This document shows, piece by piece, positions 13,928 through 28,495 of a DNA stretch of 64,000 nucleotides. Position numbers and translations under genes: made by a program. The DNA is taken from assembly GCA_044892525.1 (NCBI GenBank), contig CM097885.1, positions 37,140,001 through 37,204,000 of the forward strand, in the 5' to 3' direction. This stretch comes from Schmidtea polychroa. Its lineage: Eukaryota. The notes under the pieces are model-generated. The model searched no databases, was not told the DNA's origin, and saw only the letters and a list, made by a program, of their open reading frames with translations. Position 1 is the stretch's first letter. Each line of letters starts with the position of its first letter.

Positions 13928-14447
13928 TATTTAATGGCAAATCTTATATTTTTGGTTAATAACACAAATTCCAATTCATAAATTTATGTCCAATCAAACT
14001 TTACAACATCACTCTTTCTCATCGCCTTACTTCTAACACTATGTAGATTTATTGAAAACAACATTTTTAACACGAAATATAATACTGAACTCCAAAATTT
14101 GTAAATAAATTGAAAGTAGTTACAGCACTATGTCGTAAGTGCCAAATAAGACACAACGGCTATGAAATTCAATAGTGAGACGATTCTGCAATAAAAATAT
14201 TTTACTTTCATTAGTTCTTTTGATTAATCTTCAATCTTTCGTTATCACTTTACGATTTTTAAAAATGTATTTTTGTTAAATTATTGCTAAAAATTATATA
14301 TTAAAATTTAATAATTAAATTTTTATTAAAAAGGAAATTATTACTTACTAAATTTTTAAATCTTGATATTTATATAATTATTTATAAATTTAACATACTT
14401 ATATTTTTAAAAACAAAATTTCGGTTAAAATCCACATAGACAATTAG

Positions 14448-14760
<313 letters not shown>

Positions 14761-17363
14761 AACAAACGAAATATAATTCAAGCAAATTGTCCTCATCAGC
14801 AGCAACCATCATAATCTGTGTCAAAGGTTATATACGAAAACAATAATGATAAATATTTATTCATTTCAATATATAAAATGAACTCATTAAATCATAACTA
14901 TTACAATTACTGGACAGAATTAATGATCTCTCATATTTAATGAAACATAATTATTGTAATTGCATTCTCAAATTTTAATTATTTGAAATCGTAATTCTGA
15001 AATTATGAAATTAATCAATAATTTTTAATTATTAATTAAGAATTTAATTAACTTGCAAAAATAAAACAAATCTACAATAATAATAGTTGAAAACCTCTAA
15101 ACGGAATGAAATGAATTTAGGAGGAAATTATTATGATGATAATAATTTTGATTTGTATGAAGAAGACTATTTCATTTATTTTCATTCCGATTATAGATCA
15201 AAAGTTTATTAAAGCTTAATTATTTATTCTATGATTGAAATTTTGCATAAAATATAATCTAATATTTTTCAAAAATATCTTTCCACTTAAGACTATTCCA
15301 TAAATTAGTGCAATACTTCCATCCATAAATGTCTATCGTGAAGATTCAAAATTTTCCAAATGAATTTAAAACTGGGAAGATTAATTTTAAAATAATAATT
15401 GGGAATATTCAGAGCTTTTAAAACCATAGATAAATAAAGCCAAAATACAAAAAAGCTTTATTGAAATTGAAATAATCCAATATTTATTGTGAAAAACAAA
15501 ATTCATTTATTTTTAAAAATCTTTTATTAATACTGGACATGGAATTAAAAAATTATAAATGCCTAGAGACTATGAAAAGGTTAATTCGGATCTCAAAATA
15601 TTTAAATTTGGTTAGTATTTATAGAATTGTTTATAAAATCGAATTAAAAAAATTCTCAAACCAGATTGTTTGTTTAAATAATACTGAATTTGCGATCTTT
15701 TGAATTTTGTATTACATAACTTTCACATATAGTTTAGTTATTATAAAAGACAGGAATTTAAATGGTATTTAAACTATTGAATTATTGTACTTCACCTAGA
15801 TTGTTGAATTGTGCCTTGTTTTATAAATTTGAAAACAATTAGATTTCATTATTTAACCATTTAATTTTTGATCTGTTTTCATTTATAATTTCTTTTGTTT
15901 TCTTGTGTTTTTTGACAATATTTTAATATTACATATTTACACGTCATTTCGGTACAACTTTTATAATAGTTAGTATTAGTTTTTGAGATCCCAGAAGCTA
16001 GAGTTTGAAAATATAAAATATTTAGAAATTTTGAGAGGTGAAAATAAAAGTTCTCTAGAATCCTAGCTATGGTTAATGAAGATTTCAATAATGATAAGAT
16101 TGAAGATATAAAATTATTTTTAGGATCACTGGACATGGACTTGATCACTATCATTATTATTAAAATATATAACTAAAAACATTGTTAGTTTTATTATTAT
16201 CGTTATTGTTATTATTATTGTTGAAAGTTTTTGAAATAGCTAAATAAAGTTTCAAAAAACAAAATCTATATAGCGATAATTTAATATACTAATTATCGTT
16301 ACAGTAAATTTGAAAAGTCGATAAGAAGCATAAGAATTGAAAAAGTAATAAATCTATTAAAAACTGAAAATAAGATTGGAATATGAACCAAATATTATAA
16401 AACCAATATGAAACAAAATAATCCGAAGTTGTTCTCCGTAAATCTTCCTATATAATATAATTGTTCTGCATTATTCCGCCAATTATCAAAGTATTTATTC
16501 GTTAAAAAAGTTTGATTTTTGTTTTATAGTTATTTTTAACTTTTTTATTGATATACAAACAAGCAGCCCAACTGTCCCGAGACAGTATTTTTTACAGGTG
16601 ACTCGGTTGGGTTTAACACATTTCTAAACTATCAATCATAATCTTTATAAAAAACAAATAAAATAATGAAATAAAAAACAATAACACACGCATTCGACAT
16701 TTGTTTTTCAATCACGAAACCTTTTAGCATAGTTATTATAAAACTATAAAGGCTAGTGACACTTTTGGCTGAACACAGTAGGCCATATCTTTCAAATAAA
16801 CTAACATTTTTTATCACAGAAAACAATAAAAAACAACAAAGCAAATAAATGGCTTCAAATCAACAAAACCCGACAAACACTACCCAGATACCCAACAACT
16901 ACGAAAATGCTCATACACGGGAAAACATCAACTACCATTACAATTCAAGCACCAACAACGCAAACACACACTCACCACAAGGAAGCAGTAACTAATATTA
17001 CAACCACAAGCAATAAATTAGTTGACATTTTAACAATTTTAGTGCTTATTACACCAAACACCACTGAGATACATTCTCTATACACCTAACTGCGAAATAT
17101 AACATTATCTATAATCTAAAAATAAAATCAATAAATATATATTATAGGAACACACAAACTTACCTGTGTGTAGAAATTTAATGCTGCGAAATTTAACATA
17201 TTTATTATAGGAATCTAAAAAGTGAGAGAAAATAATTAAGCATACAAGCACAGCACACATAATGAAAAATAGATACAAAATTAAGTAAAGTGTTTTTCAT
17301 GCGAAATATACATTGATTAACATATAATTAACATATCAATATTTTCAAATTATTTAAAAAGTT

Positions 17364-17634
17364 ATGTACAAAAAAACTTTTGAATCAGATTCTGACTGCT
17401 CTACCTTGAGCTTTAGGGAAAAAGAAGTAAATACATCGTAAGATTTAATTATAAAATAATTTAGAATATAAAATTTCTTTAGATTTACAGATATTGAAGA
17501 AGATCCTTCGACATCTTTGAATTTGCAGGAAAAAAATCGCAAATCGTAAATTTTAATAAATTATTTTAACAAAATAATATTTTCATAGAATTACAGAAAA
17601 AGACAAAATTCGAAAGAAGATTACAAAAACTTAA
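17364..17634 (+). other. Candidate small spliced gene or pseudogene (3 exons, 45- and 43-nt introns)
   Basis: Exons 17364-17437, 17483-17545 and 17589-17634 join in frame via GTAA...TAG introns: MYKKTFESDSDCSTLSFREKEVNTSFTDIEEDPSTSLNLQEKNRKSITEKDKIRKKITKT*. No recognised homology. Confidence 0.3.
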
Positions 17635-17974
17635 AAAATATTTTATCCATTCTTTACTAAATGTCTTTAAAAAATAAAAGTTTGGTGATTACTTTACTTA
17701 TTTATAATTATAAAAATATCTAACTTACATTTTTACGAAATAAATCCAAATAAAATACAATAAAATTCCTAAAAAAACACCTGAAATTTAATTATCAATG
17801 TTATATATTATCAATATTATAAATGCTGACTAACAGTAATATTTAAGAACTTGAATAATGATCTCATAATTATATAAAATCAAAATTCAAGTCCTAAAAA
17901 TTACTTCAATTCAAAATCTTACCTTAAAACGATTTTTGAAAAATTGAAAAAATGAAATTAAGTTAACATTGTCA

Positions 17975-19450
17975 TATAATTGGTGACTCACCTCAGGTGG
18001 TTACACACCAACGTATATTATAGACAATATTAACTTTCGCGGTTAGGTGTAGTGGTGATTTGCGTGTAGAGCAATTGCTCACTCACCAATTTACTACTGA
18101 TGAATTTTCAAAGTTGTCAGTAATTTTTTTTACGTATGAATTGCTCATCATGAAATTTATTTTAGCCATTTTAGAAATGGTTTTCAGGTAAGATATCTCA
18201 TTGAGCTATAAATGAGAACATCAACGTGAAATCAAAGTAAGTATGTATGTTTCTATAATGTAAGATTATTGATTTTTTTGTTATATTATAGGAAATGGTT
18301 CTCAGTGGTGTTTGGTGTACAACACTTCGCGAGGAATATCACTCTTCAACATAATTTAGATTCACAATAATTTGGCCACTGGTTAAACTCAATATCTTGG
18401 TATTGTTTACTTGATTGTGATCTTTGTTATGACTTTGTGGTTTCATTTTATTAAATAAACAAAATCTCCTACGCCAATTATGAGTTTCTCTAAGTTCTAT
18501 CAAAATATCTTTAAAACTACTTTCTAAATTATGATTTCCATATCTATTTTCACATCAATGTTCTCGTCAAATTTGTTTATGACCATATCAGTTTTTGATA
18601 GTATTTCTTTTTCGTTTTGTTTTTTTTTCTAACTTCTATTTTCAACTTATTAATTAATTAATAACAACCTTTATTCATTGTTTTATTAATTGATATTTTT
18701 GTTATTCATTTCTAATTTCTCAATTTGAATTACTCGGTTCTACTTTCTGGAGGTCTGTTATGACATTCTCTTTCATAGTCATTGGTTTCCCCCAATTATT
18801 TTACTCATTTTAATAATTAGTTTTGTTTATAATTCCGTTATCTTAAAAAGTAATGATAATAATTATTATTATTTTAAAAAATATTAAAAACTAACAACTC
18901 CTTTATTGATCCTGTTGAGTTACTGATATCTTAATAAAAAAATAAAATTTATAAAATATTTTATAATAATTTTAAAAGCAAATAATAAATTTATAATTTT
19001 ACAAAAATATAAATTATTTTAATATTTTGTCTGTTTTTGTCTTTGCGGAAATGGCATAATTTTTTTATGTTTTAAATATTTTAAATTATTTTAATTAAAT
19101 TAAATTTGTCTCCGCCTGTGCAATAATTTGAAATTTCTCTGAAATTAAAAATTACACTTCTATCTAACATGAAATTTAAATATTTAGCATTTTTTTTCTT
19201 GCAATTTCAATAATTTTGTAATTTACTTTTGAAGTAAAAGACATAATAAGTCATTTTTGTTTGGTTTTAAAGAAAGTACATCAACGCACAACTGACTAAA
19301 AGTTGTGTAATTATTTGTCATTTTGATGGGCGTGGTATGACCTGGATTTACTATAATAACTTCATTATCACGTAAATGGTGACTCACCTCAACTGATGTG
19401 CACACCAACGTGAATTATAGAAGTTATTAAATTTCGGAATTGGGTGTATT
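17975..19450 (+). repeat. Two diverged copies of a ~75-bp dispersed repeat (17975-18050, 19372-19450)
   Basis: Shared tggtgactcacctca...cacaccaacgt..attataga...tattaa.tttcg...tt.ggtgta. Confidence 0.65.
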
Positions 19451-20871
19451 TAAGACCAGTTTACTGAGTTGTGCGACGAGTTTGACTAAATGACACTAAT
19501 TACTATATGCTTCGAGAATTTAAATATATTTTTATGCTTATAGCCAATTGAATATGCGAATATTAACCATCAATATAAGTTACATTGTATAAAATATTGG
19601 TAATAAAACATACCAATTAAATATTAAATTCAACCCGATACAATTTAGTACATATAAACAATTAAATTGGAAAATTCGGATTTTATTTTCGTCACGCAAC
19701 AAAAAATAATGCGTAAAAATTCATATTTTTATCCAATATTTTCAAAAGATATTTTGCACAATGAATAATTAAAATTAATATTTTAATGAAGTGAATTTTC
19801 ATTTTCACGCGTTGTCTTTATACGGGTATGTTTCAAATAAATATTAATAATTGTTAATTTTTAATTATATAATTAATGAAAATAATAATATAAAAATCCC
19901 ACCCATAAAAACACGTGACATTTCACAGTTTTAAATCATTTTAAAATTCATAATATTTTTTTCAAAATTAAAAAGTCGTTAAAATTTTAAGTTTTAATAC
20001 TGTAAACACAACTTCGATGTGTTAGTGTGCGAGTGTGAGTGCGAACAACTTAATAAATCACATTGTCTTCGACAATGAGTCTATTCACCAAGTTTCAATC
20101 CGATTGGATGACTGGAAGTGGGTTAATTAGTTCTTGCAAGATTTGTGTGCCATATTCATACAATTCCGATTAAGTTAATATTAAGGATAAGTAAAATTAA
20201 TTTTTAATTTTCCTAGATATTTTACCCTAAAATTCATTAATCTTTTCATATTTGAAACTGCAATAAGTTGAATAATTTATCTTTTTGTTTAAATAATTTA
20301 TCTTTGATTCCTCTCATAAAAAATATCGTTTATCTTTATTAAGCTTTATACAATAAATCAATATTTTTTTCTATTAAATAAATTTTAGCACTGTCTTTTC
20401 CAAGCGTTACATTCAGCTTTGAATTTAAGATATTTAGCATATTCACAGGAGATTAAAATTAGAACTTCTTTCAGGAACAAGACTAGAAAAATTTTTCTTT
20501 TAATCTTTGAATAATGTGGACATTTATTTTGTCCTAAGCACATCACAAAAAAAGAATTAGTGTATTAGAAACAGATGACATTAGCGCCAGAAAGAGATGA
20601 AGCAATTTTTTGGATGTCAATTAAGGAGTCCTCAACCCACAAAATGTTGTAAAATTGTCACCTAATATCATTATAGTACAATTTGCAAATTCGTCTCTTT
20701 TTAAAATGACATTTACTTGGTTGAATCACTTCTAAATTCTATATATAGTTTAAAATATTCTATTTATTTAATTTTATGGACTGTTTTATTATAGACAAAC
20801 ATATCTCGCTCAACAATGACATTTTGGGTGAGTGTTATTCATGTTTGTGTTGGGTATTTTATGCAAGTCGG

Positions 20872-21653
20872 TATTACTGTCTGACTCATTTGTGTTCTTT
20901 TCAAAATAAATAAACGACCGAACACAAAATCTTTATTTAAGACTGATACAGTTACACTTTAGTTACACTTTTGCTTAAATCAACCACACTTGATACAATC
21001 CTTTTTGGTTTGCACTTTTCAATACAACTACAAATCTCACGCAGGAATAAATCTTCTCATGGGAGATGTCCCTTTCTGCTACGTTCGATTTAAATTATTC
21101 AATTGCTACTAACTTTAACGTTTCCTTTGTCGCTCTCGCTAAACTTCTTGTTTTATTTTTCTTCGATCAACTGTGAATTTTGTTTTCTTGCCAGTCGCTT
21201 TTATACCCATTCTATAATTGATTTTACTTTGCAATTTAGTCTGGATCCAACTTCCCCCGGGCTTCCTCTTGTAGCTCTAATTCGCTTTGAGGAATTTGCC
21301 CGTTTCCTTCGACGGCTCGTTCCAATTTAATTTTAGTCGATTAATTTAATTGCCTTTCCTAATTTGATTGATAATTCAGGTTCTCTCAAATCGCTCGGGT
21401 TTTCCATTGTCTCGGGTTTTTTGTAATTTATTCCTTCTAGGGACCCTCATTAATTAAATTTAATTAACCTTTTTAATTTAATTAACTCGTCTCATTATTT
21501 AACATCCGCCAATACCAGTTTCCCCGGGAAATATTCATTTTTTAAATTTTTTTGATTTTTAATTAATATTTTGTACTTTAAATTTTTATTGTGAATTTGG
21601 TGTTTTTATTGATTTTTCACCTCATTTTGTGGCGCTCCTATTGAACCCCAACA
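20872..21653 (-). mobile_element. Probable solo LTR
   Basis: Minus strand starts TGTTGGGG and ends ..GAGTCAGACAGTAATA, with AATAAA near the end. The U5 end resembles the LTR at 39332. No TSD seen. Confidence 0.55.
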
Positions 21654-23233
21654 TTTCTAGGAAAGACCTTCGAGTGTTTTAGCTGCAAAAACAAATATAG
21701 TTTGTCTATATTTTTACTTACATTGAAAAATGACCTTTGACCCTTTCATCCTCTGTAACCAGGATTAGTGCCAGTGACTAAATGTACATTATGGAATTAT
21801 AGATTAATATAACAAGGCAGTCTCATTTACATTTATACAAAGTAAAAACTGAAGAGAAACTGACATAAATATCAAATCGTCATAGCTTTGTAAATACCTA
21901 AAAAATTTTGTTTAAACAATTTTGCAGTGTTTTTATGTTTATTTTATTCCCTTTAACTCTTGTGTTGTTAATAATCTTGAATGTAATTAATCATTTATTT
22001 CCTTTTTTTAATTTTTTAACATTTTTATCAGAAATAAATAGAATAGACTATAAACATATATTAAAGTATAACTGCTTCATTGAAGAATTACATGATTTTA
22101 AAATATACTGCAATATTATGAGTATAAAAACAACAGACCCCTACATGGTGAACCATAAACTTAGACTTTACCATCATTTTGATAGTTTTGATGAGACAAG
22201 GGTCTTATAAACCTATTGTTAGACAATATTACCCTTTTATATTCATTCATTTAAATGAGTATATTATAAACTTATTGCCACAAAAACAAGTGAAAATACC
22301 AAAAATTCTACTATAAATTATTTATGCTTAAACTTCAATGAAATCCATTAATTATCCCTTTGGATTTTCGCATTTATATCCTTAACCCAGTCTCAATCTG
22401 CACTCAGGTCCCAAACATTCGTGTAAACCCTAATTTATTATTCATTAAAATTATTATAAATTCATGAGATTCTTTTTGACTGATTGATTATTATATATTA
22501 GAATTAAAAACTGCAAAATAAATAAAAAAATAATGCATTTATTTATATTTTTTTAAAATTTTTTTATTAGTAATATTTCAAATATTTAAACATTCTGTCA
22601 CAATAATATTTTTATAATATCATTTCTGAGTTGAGAAAATTTAAATAAAATTATTTCAGTAATAAATGTGAGATATTATAATGGCAATACATGATAGACA
22701 ATATAACCGTAGCCGGGGCCGGCCCACGGCCTGTTGAACGCATGTGAAACACATCAAAAAAGGCGCAAGTAAAACAACATAATAATAATAAAAAAAAATT
22801 ATAAAATTTAATTTTAATTTAAAACAAAAATGTGAAGAATTTAAAAAAAATCAAAATTTAAATTTCCGTGAAATTAAAAAATCCATTTCAATTTTAAAAA
22901 TAGTTTGAATATTTTTCAATGAAAAAAACTTACAATTTCAAGGTCAATTTCAATTTAAAATTTAAAAAATCAATGTAATAATAAATAATGTAGTTTTATT
23001 AATAGATAAACGAAATCTACCAGGCTGGGATAATAAGCAAGTAAAAAAGTAAAAGAACAATAATGTATAAAAAATCAGTCATTATATATGCAGTTATGTA
23101 GCTTAGGGCTGTCAATTCGTGGCCAATGCTACGATAATGGTACTAACACGAATGGCAAAAATAAAGGAGTTTTTTTCGATCCTTGATATTGCCATACACT
23201 AAATTCAGTCTTGGTTGACTCAGTGAATTTGTC

Positions 23234-23682
23234 TAGGGTTGCCAGACGTCCCGGTTTTGAGATCATTGTCCCGGTGTCCCGAAAGAGGTCTTCGGGACGC
23301 TCAATTGTCCCAGTTTATTTACCTTGCAATCTTGCAATCAAAATTAAAAATTTTGGAGGACAACTGCCTCCAAAGTTTCGTTTATTTATCACACTTTTTC
23401 TATTTTTCGAATTAGCTTTCTTGTTCGATGAGTTTTAATATGAAACTTTGCATGTTGGGTAGTTTGTTTTAGTTATGAATGACAGATGTTTAAGTTTTGT
23501 TTTTGTTTAATTTAATCTGTGGCCGTCGTGGGAAAGTTACTTTTTTATTTACAATATTTAAAGCTATTAAATTATTTAAAGATATTCGAGTTTTAATTTT
23601 TTATATAGTTACCTGGGGTTGCCAGACGTCCCGGTTTTCCAGGATTGTCCCGGTTTGTCTTGGTGAAAATCTGGCAACCTTA
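23234..23682. mobile_element. hAT MITE (TAGGGTTGCCAGA TIR)
   Basis: TAGGGTTGCCAGA...TCTGGCAACCTTA, near-8-bp TSD AATTTGTC/AATTTATC, internal repeat of the left end at ~23614. A related inverted end lies at ~24500-24538. Confidence 0.85.
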
Positions 23683-25454
23683 ATTTATCTTTAGAAATCG
23701 TGGTAATTTTTACAAAAATTCAATCAATATATGTATTTTTCAGTATCTACAACACTTTGGAATATCCTCTATTTTGACACTAAACCGTTTAAGCAACATG
23801 TAAATGCAATAAGAAATATTAAATTAGGAATCCAAAAAATATGGAACTAGTAGCTAAAATATCAAAAATATACAAACTAAAATCACTGTTGAATCAATCG
23901 TTTCAAAATTAACACCCTTTAAAGTCCTATGTGGAATTGTAATTTGGCATGAAGTACTTACTGAAATTAACATAAAAACAAAGTACAAAGAAAGAAGTTC
24001 AAAGAAAATAAATAAATCTGTATTAAAAAGGCACAGTAGTTTTGTTTTAACAAAGTCGAAAATTGGTTCGAGCCAGCCGTGGCTGTAGCTTAGTGTCAAA
24101 TATAAATGATACAAATCCGAATCCCTCCGAAAAAAATCAACAATTCTAAAATGGCTAAATTAAAATAGTTAAAATAGCTAAATAGTTAACCACATGCATT
24201 CCAAAAAATTCAAACACAAATAATGACGCATCTATAATTGGTTGTACATACAGACACATATTATAGATGCGTTTATTCAGTGCAAACGGGTGTAAAGTGA
24301 ACCGTTGAATTTGATGCGGTTTGTATAGGTTGGTTTGTATATTATAGATGCGTTTGCTCACTGCAAACTGGTGTAGTATGTATTGGACATCGACATTTTA
24401 TTTATAAATTATAGTTTATGATTACACATTTTTACAATCTGAGTGAAAGGTTTGGTAGGTATCTAAAAATTTGTAAACCGGGATACGAAACTTAAAAAAA
24501 AGTGACAGTCCGAATAATTGGGACGTCTGACAACCCTACATAAATATCAAACTAATAAATCTGCATATGTGTATGTTGTTCATATTTGTTATTATGTAAT
24601 ATAGTTTGTGTAAGGAGTTAGTAAACCTCTATATAAAATTATTATGGTTAAATGGTAGAAGTGAGATCAGTTAGTAGAAATAATTATTTCTGTTAAATTT
24701 TTATATTTAAATTATATATTAAATTATATCATATTATATTAAATTATATTAAATTAAATCAATTAAATGTATGACCAGTAATTAATAATATTAATAATTA
24801 ATATTAATAATTATCACGCCTCGGTGTTTAAATACGCTAGTAAAACGGCTCAATTTTGAAGTTGTTATAAAAATAAATGCTTGAAGAAGATTTGAATTTA
24901 ATTGCGTCTAACAGTTTGTATTTTCATGAAAGTAAATTTTTTGTTTGTTTGATTATTGAAAAAATCTTTTTTGTAAATTTTCGATTTTACAATATTAACT
25001 TGAATCCACAAGAAATAAACTGCTGATTTTAATTTTAAAACATTATTAAATTAGAAATTAACACTATTAAACGTCACTAACAAATGCAAATTCCCGTATC
25101 AAATGACAAAGGCAACCATCAAAATCTTAGTTGAAATGGCGAGCAATGATCAAAGAGACTATTTTAAGGGTGGCCATCTTATAAAAATATTTATTAGGCA
25201 AGCCAAAATGAAAAAATGAGTTGTGATTAAAGTGATAATTAAACAGAACAACGAACCCTACTTAATTAAAACCCGTCTTTTATATGTTAATAAAATTTGA
25301 AATAATAATTTCAATTAATCAACAAAAAACGAGTTCAATCAAACTTTTAGATTCGAATTAATAAAAGTTGTAGACAGTGGATTTCCTGTTTATGTCGTCA
25401 TGTTATATTTAGTTTAAATAGAACAATTGATTCAAACAAACGAAATGTGCTTAC

Positions 25455-25599
25455 CACAGTGGTCTTTATCAATTGTATCTTTATACTTTTTAACTAATGC
25501 AGTAATACTTTCCTCATCCACTTCTGTTGCCGTTACTGAATCTATCCGAGAAGCCTTCCGGTTTCTATAAATCGTGATTGTCGACTGGCTCTTTGACAT
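25455..25599 (-). other. Candidate coding exon
   Basis: ATG...48 open codons (MSKSQSTITIYRNRKASRIDSVTATEVDEESITALVKKYKDTIDKDHC) ending at a G|GTAAGC donor, locally higher GC. No recognised homology. Confidence 0.25.
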
Positions 25600-26029
25600 T
25601 GTTTCGTCGCAACTGCATTGAATTCAAGCTTAGATTGAGTTTTAAATGAAATAATAAATAAAAATTAATTTAGATTAAATTCTTTCCGATATTGGTTTGA
25701 AAGGCTGCGTAATTATTAATTTTATTTATATATAACTTACAGTTTTATATGAACTTACAAATACAGAGAATTATATAACGAAGAGATGTCGATACCAAAT
25801 TCATTTTATCCCGAACGGGGATTTTGTCATTATAATTCATAAACTACCATAAAGTATCTATATTGATGAGTGAGTCTGCAACAGAAGCGGTTGAATAAGC
25901 GTATCCTTTTTGATAAATAATCATCACTATTTTCTATGGTGTTATTTCAATATCCTAATTTGAGTTAACTACCAATTTTTCATTATTTCAATTTTTCAAA
26001 TATTTTCATTATAAAAAATGATATATATA

Positions 26030-26110
26030 TATAGTATTTATTAAAAAGCTTGACTATGAATCAATAAATATATCGATGTTTTTTGACATATATTACTGAT
26101 TCATTGTTAG
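26030..26110. repeat. Hairpin of family C pseudo-LTR tail sequence
   Basis: atgaatcaataaatatatcga / ttgacatatattactgattcat, next to a short (TA)n. Confidence 0.6.
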
Positions 26111-26199
26111 AGTATTTTGTTTAAATAATCAGTTGAACGAAACTTGAGAGATTTCAAAAGTGAAGAATTTATTATATAAACTTTGTTATTTAGCTATTT

Positions 26200-27720
26200 T
26201 ATGGAAAATCACAAGATATCGCGGTCACCAAAATAGATTCAGCTTTTCAGGATTTGATAAAGCAAGTGTCAGAGAATTTATAAAGAAAAGCAAAATAGTT
26301 GCTAGGCTGTTTGATGAAGCAGAATATTTGGAAATTTTACCGTTGGTTCTGGTTGGGAATGCATAAGTAACATTTGATATGCTAGAGCAATGGTCTTCAA
26401 ACTGTGTTCCACGGAGCCCTAGGGTTCCATTAAATCCCTCAATTTAACGCATCATTTCACATAAGAGTTCCGCGAGCTTTTGAAGTTTGAAGACCACTAA
26501 AATTCAGGAAAGAACATATCGTTACAAGATGTACTCAGAACATTGGGAAAACATTGGCAAAACACCTTGAATGGTAGTAGCTGAATTAAAGAAAATGCAA
26601 TGGACAGGTTATGCAAATCTGAACGTATACTTGGTAAATTTCCGAACACTGATGAAACTCGCCAAGAAAGAACCAGATGGCTTACAGAGGTTATTTTACG
26701 TGAATAGTCTACCACAGGCTCCTGGCACAATTGGTAGAAAAAACAAAGTCTTTCAACGTATTATGGATTGGATTTGACGAATCATGTTTGTGCCAGTTTT
26801 AGAAGTTGCGTTACATGTTACAAGCGTGCAAAAGATGGCAACGTAAGGTCTCAATGCACGAAATTGAAATTCCATATATGTGGTAATTCTGACCTTTATA
26901 CACGAAATTGTAAAGTTGTTTCGGGAAATGATAAGGTCAAACGGTCATCACGACCGGATTTGTCGAAGGCAATGTTCGCAGGCCAATAATACCAATTCAA
27001 GTCGATGGAATTAGTAAGCGAGTGCTTTTGGATGCTGGATGCTCGCAAACTATGATTGAAGGCAATTGGAGTTCCGGAGCTAAAAGAAACATATTGCTGG
27101 TTGGAGATGGTAAATTGATTTGCTGTGAGAGATTTGCGTCGACAAATGTCATGGATAAGAAAATTAATTTAAATGTTTTTAGTTAGTCAAAGGTCATTCC
27201 TGAGTCTGAGGTTCTGTTTCTAATAAATGGTATATTCCTTTTAAAAGGTGTAATTGTTCGAGGAACCAGTGTGTAAATGGCGAATAACACATACGACAAG
27301 AAATCTGCTGTTCCAGTGTCAATGTTAAATCAAATGAGCATGGAGTAATAGAGTCAAGTAAAATATCAAATTTCGTCAATTATGAGTACAAAGATTTCTT
27401 GGTATGATTTGATGGTAAAACATAATTGGTAAAACAATGGTAAAACATCATTTTACTTCAACTAAATCAGAAAGCTGTACGAAATGCTCTGTGTAAAGAT
27501 GATTTATCGAAATGACCACAGACCATCGGGAAATTATTTTGTGGATAGAGTCCATCGAACAGTGAAAACCATGATGGCATGGGTCGGGTATAACGCAGAG
27601 AAGGCAGTATTTTTGTATAATTCTCTTCCAACGAGTGGTATTAGAATCAATTATGTTCCAGCAAATCTCCGATCACAACATGGCTGGCGAAATATATTTG
27701 ACTTTCCAAGTCAATCTACT
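26200..27720 (+). mobile_element. Internally deleted Gypsy-like relic (gag, zinc knuckles, protease, integrase tail)
   Basis: FSGFDKASVREF..LPLVLVGNA; decayed CCHC knuckles CYKRAKDGNVRSQC and HICGNSDLYTRNC; protease VLLDAGCSQT; integrase VDRVHRTVKTMM..AVFLYNS. RT absent. Confidence 0.75.
26388..26499. mobile_element. 112-bp hAT/Buster-type MITE inside the gag relic
   Basis: TIRs CAATGGTCTTCAAACT / AGTTTGAAGACCACTA; TSD not preserved. Confidence 0.7.
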
Positions 27721-27949
27721 GCACAATCTGTGAAATCCATATTAAATACATGCAATATATGTACTTAATGTGAAAAATATGAAGGACTATGCATATAAAT
27801 GTAGCAATTGAGTGGATAGTGGAAAAATAATAATCAGTGAAGTAAACTGTTTTCTTATAAATCAAGTAGTTGAGAATTAGGTATGTTTTTGAAGATATTT
27901 AAGATTTAAAATATATACTGAAAGTGAAAAATATGTATGAATGTAGTAG

Positions 27950-28495
27950 TTAGGACCTGGTTATTGGAATTTGTTTGTAAGTACTTGGTTGTAAGTACTG
28001 AGTGATTAGTAACTGGTTGTTGCTACCCAGTTGTAAGTACCTGGTAGTCGGTGTTTACTTGTTGGTATTTGTTTGTAAGTACTTGGTTGTAAATACTTAG
28101 TGGTTAGTAACTGGTTGTTGCTACCTAGTTGTACATTAAAAAGTTGTACATTATCTTTGTAAATTGTTGCATTAAACATTTCATTACTTTCATAAATTTC
28201 TCAATAGACGTCGTTTCTTTAACAAATATCTTATATTATGTAATATCTTTTATTTATGTAATTTTAAAATTATTTTACTTTAGTTATTTAAAAATTATTA
28301 ATTATTTACTTAAATTTCTCAGAAGATATCGATTCTTCAAATTATCTTACCATAAATTCCTGTATAAAAAATCCTGGAGTCATAATACCCTCTCACTATA
28401 GTGCTTCACATTGACATTAAACACTGCTGCCTCCTGTATCCTAACTCGTTTTGGCCTGAAAAAGTCCTAGGACCAAAATACACTATCACTTAGTG
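27950..28495 (+). repeat. Modular repeat arm (gttgtaagtac/ttagtaactg micro-units, then ~95-bp units containing CACTATAGTG)
   Basis: Homologous to 33975-34643 (same orientation) and 31942-32190 (inverted). Confidence 0.75.

Noticed and set aside
15290..16500. Faint RT-like remnants (also ~47.7-48.1, 51.1-51.5 and 54.7-55.0 kb)
   Set aside because: Only isolated partial motifs by eye; needs a profile-HMM search.
18092..18124. CTGATGA as a hammerhead (also at 10055, 26649 and minus-strand 14793)
   Set aside because: No properly placed GAAA or stems; two lie within decayed coding sequence.
18560..18935. Possible minus-strand exon/intron pattern
   Set aside because: Splice-like signals are present but the spliced frames I read contain stops, with no recognisable homology.
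23104..24538. One outer hAT element from TAGGGCTGTCA to TGACAACCCTA
   Set aside because: The flanks (ATGTAGCT vs CATAAATA) are not a TSD; more likely separate fragments.
27950..28130. Regularly spaced short repeats resembling a CRISPR array
   Set aside because: Eukaryotic context, degenerate units and no unique spacers; it is a minisatellite.
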